64,000 bases of DNA. Origin: Ginglymostoma cirratum (lineage: Eukaryota). Position 1 is the first letter of the stretch, and each line of letters begins with the position of its first letter. A program made the position numbers and the translations under genes. Shown here piece by piece: positions 15,644 through 27,699 of the stretch. The notes beneath the pieces are model-generated. The model was not told the DNA's origin. It searched no databases and saw only the letters and a program-made list of their open reading frames with translations. Where the stretch lies: contig JAHRHZ010000130.1 in assembly GCA_024137785.1 (NCBI GenBank), positions 1,562,614 through 1,626,613 of the forward strand, read 5' to 3'.

Positions 15644-17439
15644 GGACTACTCCCTCATTATCCAGCCAGGGTGTGTTCTTCCCACTTTTCGATAAATGGA
15701 ATGGAGTTCAATTTAAATTGCTGTTCTCATCACAAAATCTTGCCGCTTCTAATCTGAGGACAAGGATTTTGTTAAAACGGTTCTAAAGGCAGGGAGAATC
15801 TGCTGCAGCCGTTGACATTTTTTTTTTAAAAAAATCACCTTTTTCGCATGAGAAGAACCGTTTGTGAGGAACTAGTTTCTATAAGTTGTGTCCCGGGGTG
15901 GGCAAGAAGCTGTTGATTGAAGCTGCAGTGGCCACATTCTGCTGGTGGCTGGGAGAGGTGGTGGAATTGGAGAGTGTGGGGTCAAATCCTGACACTTGTC
16001 CCTGTCTCACTCCGTGTGGAGCTGGGGCACAGACAATCATTGATGGATGTGTTTTGAATCCAATCTTTTCATGGGTGAAATGTAGGTATGTGGTCACTCT
16101 AATTGTTTGATCTGAAATAACTGAAGGTCCTTGCCTGGATGGTCTTGGACCACAAATCTTTTAGTTTATAGCTTGACATTGACCAGTTGAGCCACAGAAA
16201 CTAGCATTAACAAGTCATGCAAAATTCCTTAGAGCAAAGTGTCAGCAGAGATTCGAAGGGCTGTTGTGAAGCTGGAGCTCTCACTGTTTTCAGAGTCTGT
16301 CATCAATTTTCCCACTTTCATCATCGAGAATGTCAGAGGCCTGAATGGCCGCAAACACATAGAAGAAAATCAAACATCGCAAACTTGAAGTTTCCCAGCT
16401 CCTTCGATGTGACTGCCTGAGGTATATCGTTTGTGATTCTGGTCCCAGTAAGATTCAACACCACTGATTCGAGAGAGAGGGGAGCTTAAATGCAGCACCT
16501 CAGACAAGCCAATCAAACCATCCTCCATTTCTGTATACTGGCTATAGAATCCCTACTATATAACTTCTTCACCAAGTCCTCCCTGTTGATGTTGTCCAAA
16601 ATCTTAAATTTGTATCTCATAGTCCATTTTCCCTCAGCTAATGTGAACATCTTGTTTTTATCTACCTTACCTAATCCAATTATAAGCCCATAAACTTTGT
16701 CAAATTTCCCTTCAACTCCACTTGTTCCATTGCATCTCAAATCCCTCAGTCCTGAACGTTCGTTCGAATGATAAGTCTATCCCCTCTCAGGACCATCCCA
16801 TCCTTCATTATGTGTGGTGATCTCTGTTCTGAGTACATCTGGTCACCCTCTGCCAGGACAAGGGATATTGTGAATTTCTGAAATAAAAGAGAGGACACTG
16901 GAGGAACCCAATGGGATTGGCAGCCTCTTTGGTGACAGAAATAATGCTCTTGTTTAGAGCCAGTTATTACACTTTCCTCTCTGTACTGATAGTGATGGAT
17001 TTTGGAAGCTGTTTTCACTGATGCTTGTAAGGATGGATATACACACAGAAAAAAAATCAAACAAAAGGAACAATTTGTCCGTCTGATTTCTAACCTGGAC
17101 TATCACTGTATTTCCTGACCTTCTTTGACAGAATATTTGAAGAGGATTCACAAACAGGAAACTCCAATTAAACATCAAATCAAAATCTGACACAATCAAT
17201 TGATTCATCAGAAACTGGATATTATTGGCCTTTAAATGTAAGTATTGAGTTTCCCATCATTACCACTCACTGCACATAATTTCTCCATCATATCCTCCCT
17301 ATCAATCTGGACCTAAATCTCACATTTGTATCCCATGATCCATTTGCTTCCAGTTGATGTGAACATCTTGTTTTTATCTACATTGTCTAAACCAACAGTA
17401 AGCAGTACAGCTCTGTCAAATCTCTCTTCAGCTTCAGAT

Positions 17440-18130
17440 AATCGCCACTATCAACATCCTGGGTGTTATCATTGACCAGAGACTTGACTGGACTCACCAT
17501 ACAAACCCAGTGGTACAAGAGCACGCCAGAAGCTAGGAATACTGTGGCGAGTAACTCACCTCCTGATTCCTCAAAGCCTGTTCACCATCTACAAGGCGCA
17601 AGTCAAGCATGGGATGGAATACTCCCCACTTGCCTGGATGAGTGCAGCCCCAACAACACTCAAGAAGCTTGACACCATCCAGGACAAAGCAGTTTGCTTG
17701 ATTGGCACTACATCAACAAACATACACTCCCTCCACCACCGACGCTCAGTAGCAGCAGTGTGTACTGTCTACAAGATGCACTGCAGAAATTCACCAAAGA
17801 TTCTCAGACAGCACCTTCCAAACCCACGACCACTTCCATCTAGAAGGACAAGGGCAGCAGACAACAGGAAACAACAGGAAACACCACCACCTCCAAGTTC
17901 CCCTGTAAGCCACAAACTATCCTAACGTGGAAATATATCACTGTTTTTTCACTGTCACTAAGTCAAAATCCTGGAATTCCCTCCCTAATAGCATTGTGAG
18001 TCAACCTATAGCAGGAGGACTGCCGTGGTTCAAGAAGGCGGCTCACCATCACCTTCTCAAGGGCAACTAGGGATGGGCAAGAACTGCTGGCCTGCCAGCG
18101 ACGCCCACATCCCACAAATGAATAGAAAAA
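17440..18130 (+). mobile_element. LINE 3' end (CR1/L2 group) sharing its tail with the second SINE family
   Basis: MEYSPLAWMSAAPTTLKKLDTIQDKAVCLIG...LHHRRSVAAVCTVYKMHC; tail GGCAACTAGGGATGGGCA...CCCACATCCC. Confidence 0.8.
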
Positions 18131-20689
18131 AAACATTAATGTCTCAATTTTGATATATTCTGACAAAGGAACCAGTTTTCTTCCTCTCAGTGACCCGGCC
18201 ATCCTTCACAACGTGTGGGAGATCTTTGGTTCGCACAGACCCAGGTGCTCTGTGTTCCTGTGTATGATGTCACAATGCAGCGACATTAACACAGTGACGT
18301 CATCCGCTCCACGGGGATTTCCTCAATCTTTCCAGCTTCAGGCTCCACTGGAGAATTTCAAATCGACAACAGTGATGTTAGTATTTTTGATTATTCATCA
18401 ACAATTTTGAACTTTTAGCGTTGTTCCTCTTACGTGTTAGAGGTTCTGTGGCTCTAGGGCTCGTGTGTCTCCTTTAGTATGGGTCTGAGTCTATTTCAAT
18501 GCATTACTTTGTTTCAGTTCTGCCTCCCGCCTGTCTCTAATTATGCCAGTACTTGTCTGTTTAATACTTCTCTGTTACTTTATCAAATTGTGTCTGGATG
18601 AGGTTTCCACTGCTTTTCTTTGACCATATTCAATGGATTTAGAAGTTTCATCTTCCAACAGTGCGTTTCTCAGTTTGGAATTGTTCTTACTGCAGTCTTT
18701 TTTCTATTCTGCTTCTGAGTTTATATTAACCACCACGTTCTGCGCCATGTTTAATCTCTGTAATTCGTTCAGCATATTCGGAAACATTAACTTTGTACCC
18801 ACTGTCCACATATATCAGTAAATATTGCCAATTCTCAGTTATTTCTAGAGAAGATGGTGTTTAACCTTCTTGAACCACTGCAGTCGGTGTGGTGAAGGTG
18901 CTCCTGCAGTGCTGTTAGATATGGAGTTATCAAATGATACTGAAAGACCAGCGGTATTTGTCCAAACGAACAAACAATTTGCTCTTCCCCCCCCCACACA
19001 CACACATTTTTGATGCAATGCAATACAATACAATGATCTGACATATTACACAGGATTGTCAGAGAACAATATTTGACGTCAGGCACACATGGAAATTTTA
19101 GGACATGTGACCAAAACCTGGGTCACAGAGGTCATTTTTACAGAGTATCATGAACAAACAAAGGGACGTTGAAAATGGGGGAGCTTTTGGGAATAAATTC
19201 AAGAGCTTATGCCCTTGGAAACTGAAAGCATGAAAAAGGTGAAAAAGTGGGAGAGTTAAAACCAGAAATCCCCAAGAAGTTGGAATTCTCAGAGAAGAAA
19301 ACCAAAAGAACTGTGGATGCTGGAATCAGAAACACAAACAGGAATCGCTGGAGAAACTCAGCAGGTCTGGTAGCATCTGTGGAGAGAAAGCAGATTTAAC
19401 GTTTCAGGTCCAATGACGCTTCTTCAGATTTATCTCCAGAGGGTTATGAGGCTGGCGGGATTACCAAGGGAGGGAGGTGCAGTGGTGAAATTTCAAAATG
19501 ACGATAAGAATTTCAATATCTTGGTGCTTTGTCACCCAGAAAATATGTATATTAGCACAGGGTGAACAGTGCTGGGTGCGAGTAAACACACAGGCAGCAG
19601 ATTTTTCGATGACCCCAAGATTGCAGGGAGGTGAAGTGTGGGAGGCTGGCTGGGAGTGTGTTAGGATGGTTAGGTCTAGATGTAACAAAGGACTGGATGA
19701 GTTTCAGCAGCAGGTGGACTGAGTTACTGAAGTTGAACTGTGGTTTTTGAGATGATAGGGGTTATGTGGTTGAAAGCTCACCTTGGGGTGAAATATTCCA
19801 CTCGGCTTGTGAACAATCTGGTTCAGCCTCAGCCAGTTACCATGGAGAGGGATGGAGTCGGAGGTGAGGCCAGCGGAGTTTGGCTATCCGCGCGGATTGA
19901 CATTTAGCGTTGCCTGATTAAATATGGCGTACACCCCTTTCAGGATGGAGCAGGCTTGGCAGAAGAACGGAGTTGTGAACTAAGTTATTAGCTTTATTGA
20001 GACAAAGTGGAGAAGTTTATCTGTTGCCAAGCAAACTACAGTAATAAACTCAGACAGCTATTTAGAGTTCAATGTGGGTTATGCTGCTCATATCAATTAA
20101 TAGATTGTAGAGTATTGAAAGTACTTCCCGTATCTTTTGCAGCCTCGGTTTTCAAGCTTATTCCTCTCTCGGGCATTTACCTTCTGATTCTGGTTACTCT
20201 CCATTGCACAGATGTTTCTTGAGAATCTCTTTTATCCTTGTTCTTCTCTGATTAACCTCCTCTTCTAAGCAATCACGGTTCATATGAACAACACGCACCG
20301 CCAAATGTTCTGATTATTCATCATTATTCTGTTTTCCTCTTATCTCAGGACTGCTATGTTTATGACATTTATTTCCCAACACTTCTCTATCCGCTGACAG
20401 AGTAGTGGCAAGAGCAATATTTAGCTTTTAGCTGCGGGAAGCCTTTCCAAACACGACTTAAAATCCCAGGATCTCTAACTTGGCATCTTTTCATTTAGTT
20501 TCTAAGTTTTGTTTATCTACTGCAAATACAAGATTCTGATGAAAATCGATGTTAGCTTCTAATGATGACAACAGGTGATGAAGGGTTTAGGCCCGAAACG
20601 TCAAGTTTTCCTGCTCCTATGATGCTGCTGGACCTGCTATGTTCATCCAGCGCCATGCTTGTTATCTAGGAAGCAACTCGCACTGGGGC

Positions 20690-21210
20690 TCTGGTGATTG
20701 ATGTCAGCGCGGGACCATTAGGAAGACAGGGGGCGGGGCTCAAGGACGGGACGGCGGCGGCTGGTCTTCCAACCAATCGGAGTGAACAAGGGGCAGGACT
20801 AGTGTAAACCACGTGATCGTTCCCGCGCGCAGCGCAGTATTGCTAATGACCAAGACTTGGGCATCTGCGGAACGTGCAGGACACGGTAAAGAAATGAACA
20901 CCAGAAAGTGGGAGGCGAATGGTATTAGTATGGCTTGAGAGGCTTTACAAACGATTGGTGCATGTCGAAAAACACAAGTTTGAAACTCGCAGTCCTGTGT
21001 TTGCGGCAAACGGGAGAACGCCTCAGATGGCGATAGGCCCGAGCGACCGCCACCATATTTATAAGGGGTAATGATCTGCGGGACACATGCACGGCCGCCA
21101 CCTTTGTAGGGGGCAAGCTGTAGCAGGACGCATGCTCAGCGTTCCCTGGCAGAGAGTGATGGGGAGAATTTACACAGAGCAAATTCAAACTAAGAGAAAT
21201 GTTTGTTTTT
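20690..21210 (+). promoter_or_regulatory. CpG promoter/first-exon module copy
   Basis: GC box GGGGCGGGG, CCAAT, CACGTG and CGCCACCATATTT; alignable by eye to the 31190 and 46340 copies. Confidence 0.55.
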
Positions 21211-24200
21211 TTCTGAATGTCCTTCCCCGATCACCTTTTTGTCAATATCTAACTTTCTCAGTCTCTAATAATGGGAATAGTTTACGTCTGAGATCGTAGG
21301 AACTGCAGATGCTGGAGACTCTGAGATAACGGTGTAGACCAGCTCTACACCTTGTTACCTCTAATATTTTACGTCTGTTTAGTACTTTACTGTTACTTTC
21401 ACAGACCTTGTGCTGCTCTCTTACCGGACTCATTTTTCCACAATATCTTTTACAGTTAGAAATTATTTTTCCAGCAGAGTCCATTTCCCTTCTATTTCTG
21501 ACCATCAAATTCTGCACTATTTTCATTTCCTGTAATTCACATTGCACTCTCTGAAACATAAACTGTGTTTCTCCTTCCATAGATACCAGCGATCATTGCC
21601 AAAACCCCTGATACCTGTGGATAAGGTGATGTATGACTTTCTTGTACTGCTGTAGTTTGTGTTGGTGATGGTACTTCCATAATGCGGTTAGGTAAGACGT
21701 TACAGATCGGTAACCCAACGATAGCGAACAGTTGATGATACATATCCGAATCAACAACAATTTATATTTTTGTCATGTTTATAATTTCACAAAATTTATC
21801 ATCAAGGAACTTTTGACGTTAGGTCAGGTGACCAAAAGCATTGCCAAATAAGCAGGTTTTCAGGAATGTCTTGAAGGAGGAAAGCAGACATGAGAGGTTT
21901 AGCGTGGGAATTCCAGACCATATTGCCTTGGCAACTGTAGAAACAGCAACTAATGGTGAGCAATGAATAAATGCATTGCTGGAGTCTGAAACAAAATCTG
22001 CTATTGACATCTCAGAGTTCGTGTGGTGCAGGGAGATAGGGATGATCACAGACAGGAATTAAATCAAGCGTGCAAATTTTAAAATGATGTTTATAAATAA
22101 GAGTCTACTGATGGGTGAACAAGTTTTAGTACAAGTGAACATGTGGGCAGCAGAATTTCAGATAGTTTTGAGATTACCGGGAGGCTGGCTGGGAGTCTGT
22201 TTGGACAGTTAAGTCTAGATGTAACACAGGAGTGGATGAAAGTTTCAGCAAATGAGCTGAGACTAGGGTGGAGATAACAAGGTGTAGAGCTGGATGAACA
22301 CAGCAGGCCAAGCAGCATCACAGGAGCAGGAAGGCTGACGTTTCGGGCCTAGACCTGCAATAGGGTTAGGTCATTGTCTGTATGATTCTGTAAGTATGAC
22401 TACATCAGGCAGTTGCTTGACTGATCTGTGAGACAGCTATTCAAGTTTTAGCACTAGCCCCCCAAATGTTAGTCAGGAAGATTTTGTAGGGTCGATAAGC
22501 CTGATTCTGTGTTTGTATTTTCTAGTGCCTTGGTAGATGCTAGGTGGCGCATCCAGTTTCATGCTTTTGTTGAGACTTCAGTGATTAATACAATTGAGAG
22601 GCTGCTGGGCCATTGTCAGGTTTTGTCCTTTCCCTGGAGGACATTAGATTTTTTTTCTGACATTGGCACTGGTTCCATGAAAATCAGATTCTTAATTTCA
22701 GTTTTTTTTATTGGATTCAAATTCCATCATCTGCCGAGGTAGGATTCGAACCTGGTCTTCAGGTGTACATTTTGGTATTCTGGATAAAAGTTAAATAAAT
22801 TAGGTTTGTTCACTCATTTTTAAATATCAATAACACAAATTTTGTTTCTTTGTAAAACTTTGTCCATCATCTTGTTTCCTCCAACCTCCCCTTCAATAAC
22901 GAGTATGAGGAGCACATTGAGTTTCTTTGTCACTAAGAGTGAGACAATCCTATCAGCTGCCTCTGCTGCTTCCCTCCCTTCCAGCCCACCGAGCCAATCT
23001 GCCTTGCATGTTGCTCCTCATTTTAGTCCTAAACTTACATCTCTCTCCAGTCTCTTGTCAAGCATTATCAGAGCTCATCTTGACCCTTTACCCTATTCTC
23101 GCTAAAGTGCAGACATTCCAACTCTTTCTCTTTTCTCCTCCTCCTCCTCGTCACCTCCCAAATCAATTCACTGAAATTGTTACTTGCTCTGTCGATCTGT
23201 CTGTGTTTCCTGCACAATTACCACCAAAGCCCTTTTTGGTGCAGCTTTCTACAGTTTTCACCATTTAAATAGTACTCTGTTCTTTAATTGTCTCTTCCAA
23301 AATGAACAACTTCACATTTTCCCACATTGTACCCCATTTGCCAACTTGTTGCCCGCTTATCCTTTCAATATCTCTCTGTAAACTGTTAGTAAACCTCTCA
23401 GAACTTGACTGTTGTGACTTTTCTACGAGACCCTCCCTCATACTTTGAAACTCTTTTTTGCAAGCACTGGGCAGCAGTACATATGCGCAATCCCCATCTT
23501 TTTAGGGGGTATTTTTGGAAAGTCTGGGAGAAGCTTGCTGCCAACTTGTCCATCAAGCTGCATTCACCTTTCACACCAAATGTCAAATTGATAAGCAGCA
23601 GCACTGGAGAAAGTAAAGGAAGCAAGTCCTGCTCTTTGCATCTGACTAACTCTTGGAAAATTCTGTCCCATGTGTCAAAGATCACTGCTCTGTTCAGTCA
23701 CTGAAGTCCCAAGGTGGAAACTCATGGAAACCGACGTAGATTTCCTCCTGAATTGACTGCTGACCCCCACAAAGAATACTGTGCAGCAGTGACAATGCAT
23801 GGTCATCCTGTGCCAGGAGGAAGGGATGTTGTGAATTTCTACCCTGGACTGACAATGATGGATTTCGTGAACTTGTGTTACAGGCTACTACAAATAAACT
23901 TCCAGATGGGAATCTCAATAAATTGTAACAGGTCTATGGGCTAAGTGCTGGAAAATGGGATTAGAACAGTTAGGTAGTTTTCTTTGCAGGCACAGACCTC
24001 ATTGCCACAGAGTCTTTTTCTGTACTGTCGATGTCAGAGACACTGAATATAGGAATATAACAAGCTACATTTGAAACCAGGTCAGAAAAGGAGATATTAA
24101 AATAGGTGACTCGTGATTGGTCAACTTTTTCTCGGGAAGAACGTGAGGTTGAGAGGCAGAGCAATTTAGGAGGAAATTCTGGAGCTTGGAGCTCGGAGCC

Positions 24201-24289
24201 CAGGAATCTGAAAGTGCTGCCATCAAGTGGAGAAATAAAAATGGAGTATCCTCATTGATCCTAGGATGCCTGCCATTTGCCTTATCTAT

Positions 24290-26790
24290 ACACCTCAAAT
24301 TTAATAAACCTCTATAAGGTCACCTCTCAACCTCCTATGCTCCAGTGGAAAAAGTCCCAGCCTATCTAGCCTCTCCTTATAACTCAAAACCTCCATTCCC
24401 AGCAAGATCCTGGTAAATTTCTTCTGAACCCCCTCCAGCTTATTAATATCCTTCCGATAACAGGGCGACCAGAACTGGACAGAGTACTCCAGAAGAGGCC
24501 TCACCAATATCCCATACAACCTTAACATAATGTCCTAACTCCTATACTCAAAGATCTGAGCACGGAATGCAAGCATGCTAAACATCCTCGTACCTACCCT
24601 TACCTATATGTGATGTGTCACCTATATGTCAAAGATCTGAACCCTAGGTGTCTCTGTTCTACAGTGCTACTCAAGGCCCTACTTTTAATTGTATAAATCC
24701 AGTCCTTGTCTTACCAAAATATAACATCTGGCATTTATTCAACTTAAACTCCATTTGCCAGTCTTCAGCCCATTGACCCAATTGATCAAGATCTCTTTGC
24801 AGTCTTAGGTAAGCTTTTTTACTCTCCATGTTAACACCAATTTTTATGTCGCCTGCAAACTTGCTAACCATACCTTGTATGTGCTCACCTCGATCATTTA
24901 TATAAATGATAAACCAATCCTTGTGGAACACCGCTGTCACAGGCCTTCAGTCTGAAAAAGAACCCTCCACCATCACACTCTGTCTCCTACTGTTAAGCTA
25001 ATTTTTTGTCCAATTGGCAAGCTCACGCTGAATCCCATGTGATCTAACATTACGTATTAGTCTACCATGCGGAACCTTATCAAAGGTGTTGCTAAAGTCT
25101 AAATAAACACTGTCTACCGCTTGGCTCTCATCAATCTTTTTGGTTATTACTTTAAAAAAACTCAGTCAAGTTTGTGAAGCATCCTCTCACAAAGCCGTGC
25201 TGACTATCCCTAATCATGCCATGCCTCTCCAAATGCATATAAATCCTATCTTTAATAATCACCTCCTACAACTTACCCTCCACCGAAGTCAGACTCTCAG
25301 GTCTATAGTTCCCAGACTTCTTCCAGCATTCATTCTTAAACAAAGGCACAACATTAGCCACTCTCCAGTCATCTCGCCTGTAGTTATTGATTATACAACT
25401 ACTTCTGGAAGGGACTTCGCAATATCCTCCCTCACTTCCCACAACATCCTGGGATACACTAGATCATTTATCCACTCTTACGTTTTCTAAGACTTTCAGC
25501 ACATCTTCTGTAATCACAGAGCCCCTACAGTGTGGATACAGGCCACTTGGCCCAACAAGTCTACATCGACCCTCCGAAGAGCACCACGCACAGACCCTTC
25601 CCCCACCCAATATTTTCCTTGGCTAACCCATTTAACCTACATCCCTATGGGCAATTTAGCGTAACCAATCCACCTACCTTGCACATCTTTGGACTGTGGG
25701 AGGAAACCAACACAGACAGATGGAAAATGTGCAAACTCCACACAGACAGTCACCCAAGGGTGAAATAGAACCTAGATCCCTGGCACTGTGAGGCAGCACT
25801 GCTAACCACTGAGCTACAGTGCCCCAATGTGTGAACTGTTTTCAAAACATCATTATTTATTTTCCTGAGTTCTCTGGCCTCCGTTTCTTTTTTCACAAAC
25901 GATGTAAAATATTTATTTACTATCTCTCCCATCTCCTGAAGACCAAATCAAAGATGACCTCTTTGATCTTTAGTGGGCCTTACTCTCTCTAGTTACTGTT
26001 TTGCTTTTAATGTACTTGTAGAATCTCTTTAGTTTATCCTTAACCTTATTTGCCAAGGCTGTTGCAAAGCCTCTGTATGCCCTCCTATTCTCTCTATCAA
26101 GAATGCCTTTACACTCTTTATACCATTCAAGAGATTTATTGAACCCAGTTGTCGACATCTAATATATGATTATTTTTCATTTTTGACAAGAACCTCAATA
26201 TCTTTATTGATCCATTGTTCTCTAATCCTACCAGCCTGACCTTTCACTCTAACAGGAACATAATGACTCTGAACTCTCGTTATCACACTTTTGAAAGCCT
26301 CCCATTTATCAGACATCACTTTATCTGCAAACTATCTACTCCAATCAACTTTTCAAAGTTCTTGTGTCATGCCATTTAAATTTGCCTAACTGGAATTAAA
26401 AACTTCAATTTTTATGGAAGGCTGATCACTTTCTATAAATAATCTAAAATGGATAGAATTATGATCACTAGACCCAAAGTGTTCCCCCACTCTCATTTCA
26501 GTCACTTGCCTTGTCTTATTACCCACAAGAAGGTCAGGTTTTGCTCCTTGTCTGGTAGGAATATTTACAATTGATCAAGAAAATTTAACTCGTTTAACAA
26601 ATTATTCACCATTCCAACCCTTTAACACAATGGTAGTCCCGGTCAATGTTTGGAAAATTAAATCACCTCGTGTGTACAACCTTGTTATTCTGACATATAT
26701 CTGAGATCTCTCTCTTCATATTTGTTCCTCAGTTTCCCTCTGACTACTGCAGTATCTGCAGTACAACCCCATCAAGGTGACCATTCCCTT
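24290..26790 (-). mobile_element. Decayed CR1 LINE ORF2 (EN-RT) with a SINE inserted
   Basis: LVRPLLEYSVQFWSPCY, VSKFAGDIK, WAEDWQMEF and KRFYKYIKSK motifs. Confidence 0.85.
25514..25825 (-). mobile_element. HE1-like V-SINE
   Basis: Reverse complement of the 8534 copy. Confidence 0.85.
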
Positions 26791-27412
26791 CTTATTTGAA
26801 AAACTCTGTAAACAGAACTTTGTTTTAAAAAGTCTCTCCTTCATGATTTAAAAAAAAAATTTAATTCTTTCAGAGGGTGTGAGCATCATGGCCACGCCAG
26901 CATTCGTTGCCCATAGCACAGTTGAGAGTCAACCACATCACTGTGGGCCTGGAGTCACATGTAGGCCAGATCAGGTGAGGATGGCAGTTTCACCACCTAA
27001 AGGGGATTAGTGAACTCTGTGGGTTTTCCTCACAATTGATAATGGTTTCATGGTCATCATTAGACTTTCAATTCCAAATTTTATTGGATTTAAATTCCAC
27101 CTTCTGCCATGGCTGGATTCGAACCCAAGTCCGCAGAACGTTATCCAGGTCTCCAGATCACTAGTCTAGCGAGAGTATCATTTGGCTGTCAACTCCTTTT
27201 AGCAATATTTTTTAAAAATCTCTACTTCTACATGTACAATTTGAGGAAATAAACTGAGCTGTCCGTGTGTGGGCCTCTCCAAAAGGTCCATTAACAGAAC
27301 CCGGTTTAAAAACAAAATCATGCACTTTTTTTGGGGTTTTTTTTGCGTTTTTGATACGAAACAAGCAAAAATGAGTCAATAAAAATCTTATGACCATGGA
27401 AATGGAATTTCC

Positions 27413-27580
27413 GAGGCTGGAGGGGGATTACAGAGGTAGGGAGGGTTGTGAGGGCTGGAGGGGGAATCACAGGTAGGGAGGGTTTTGAGGGCTGGAGGGG
27501 GTCACAAAGGTAGGGAGTTGTGAGGACTAGAGGGGGAATTACAGAGATGGGGAGGCTTGTGAGTGCTGGTGGGGGTTACC
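27413..27580. repeat. G-rich ~36-38 bp minisatellite (~4.5 units)
   Basis: GAGGGCTGGAGGGGGATTACAGAGGTAGGGAGGGTTGT repeated. Confidence 0.85.
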
Positions 27581-27699
27581 AACAGCACTGTGGTATACTT
27601 ACAGCACATGGACTGCAGCATTTCAAGAAGGCAGTTCACATCTGGGCAGCAAAGATCACAACCCTTGGGGAAAAAAAACACTAAGCAGTGAACTCTCCC

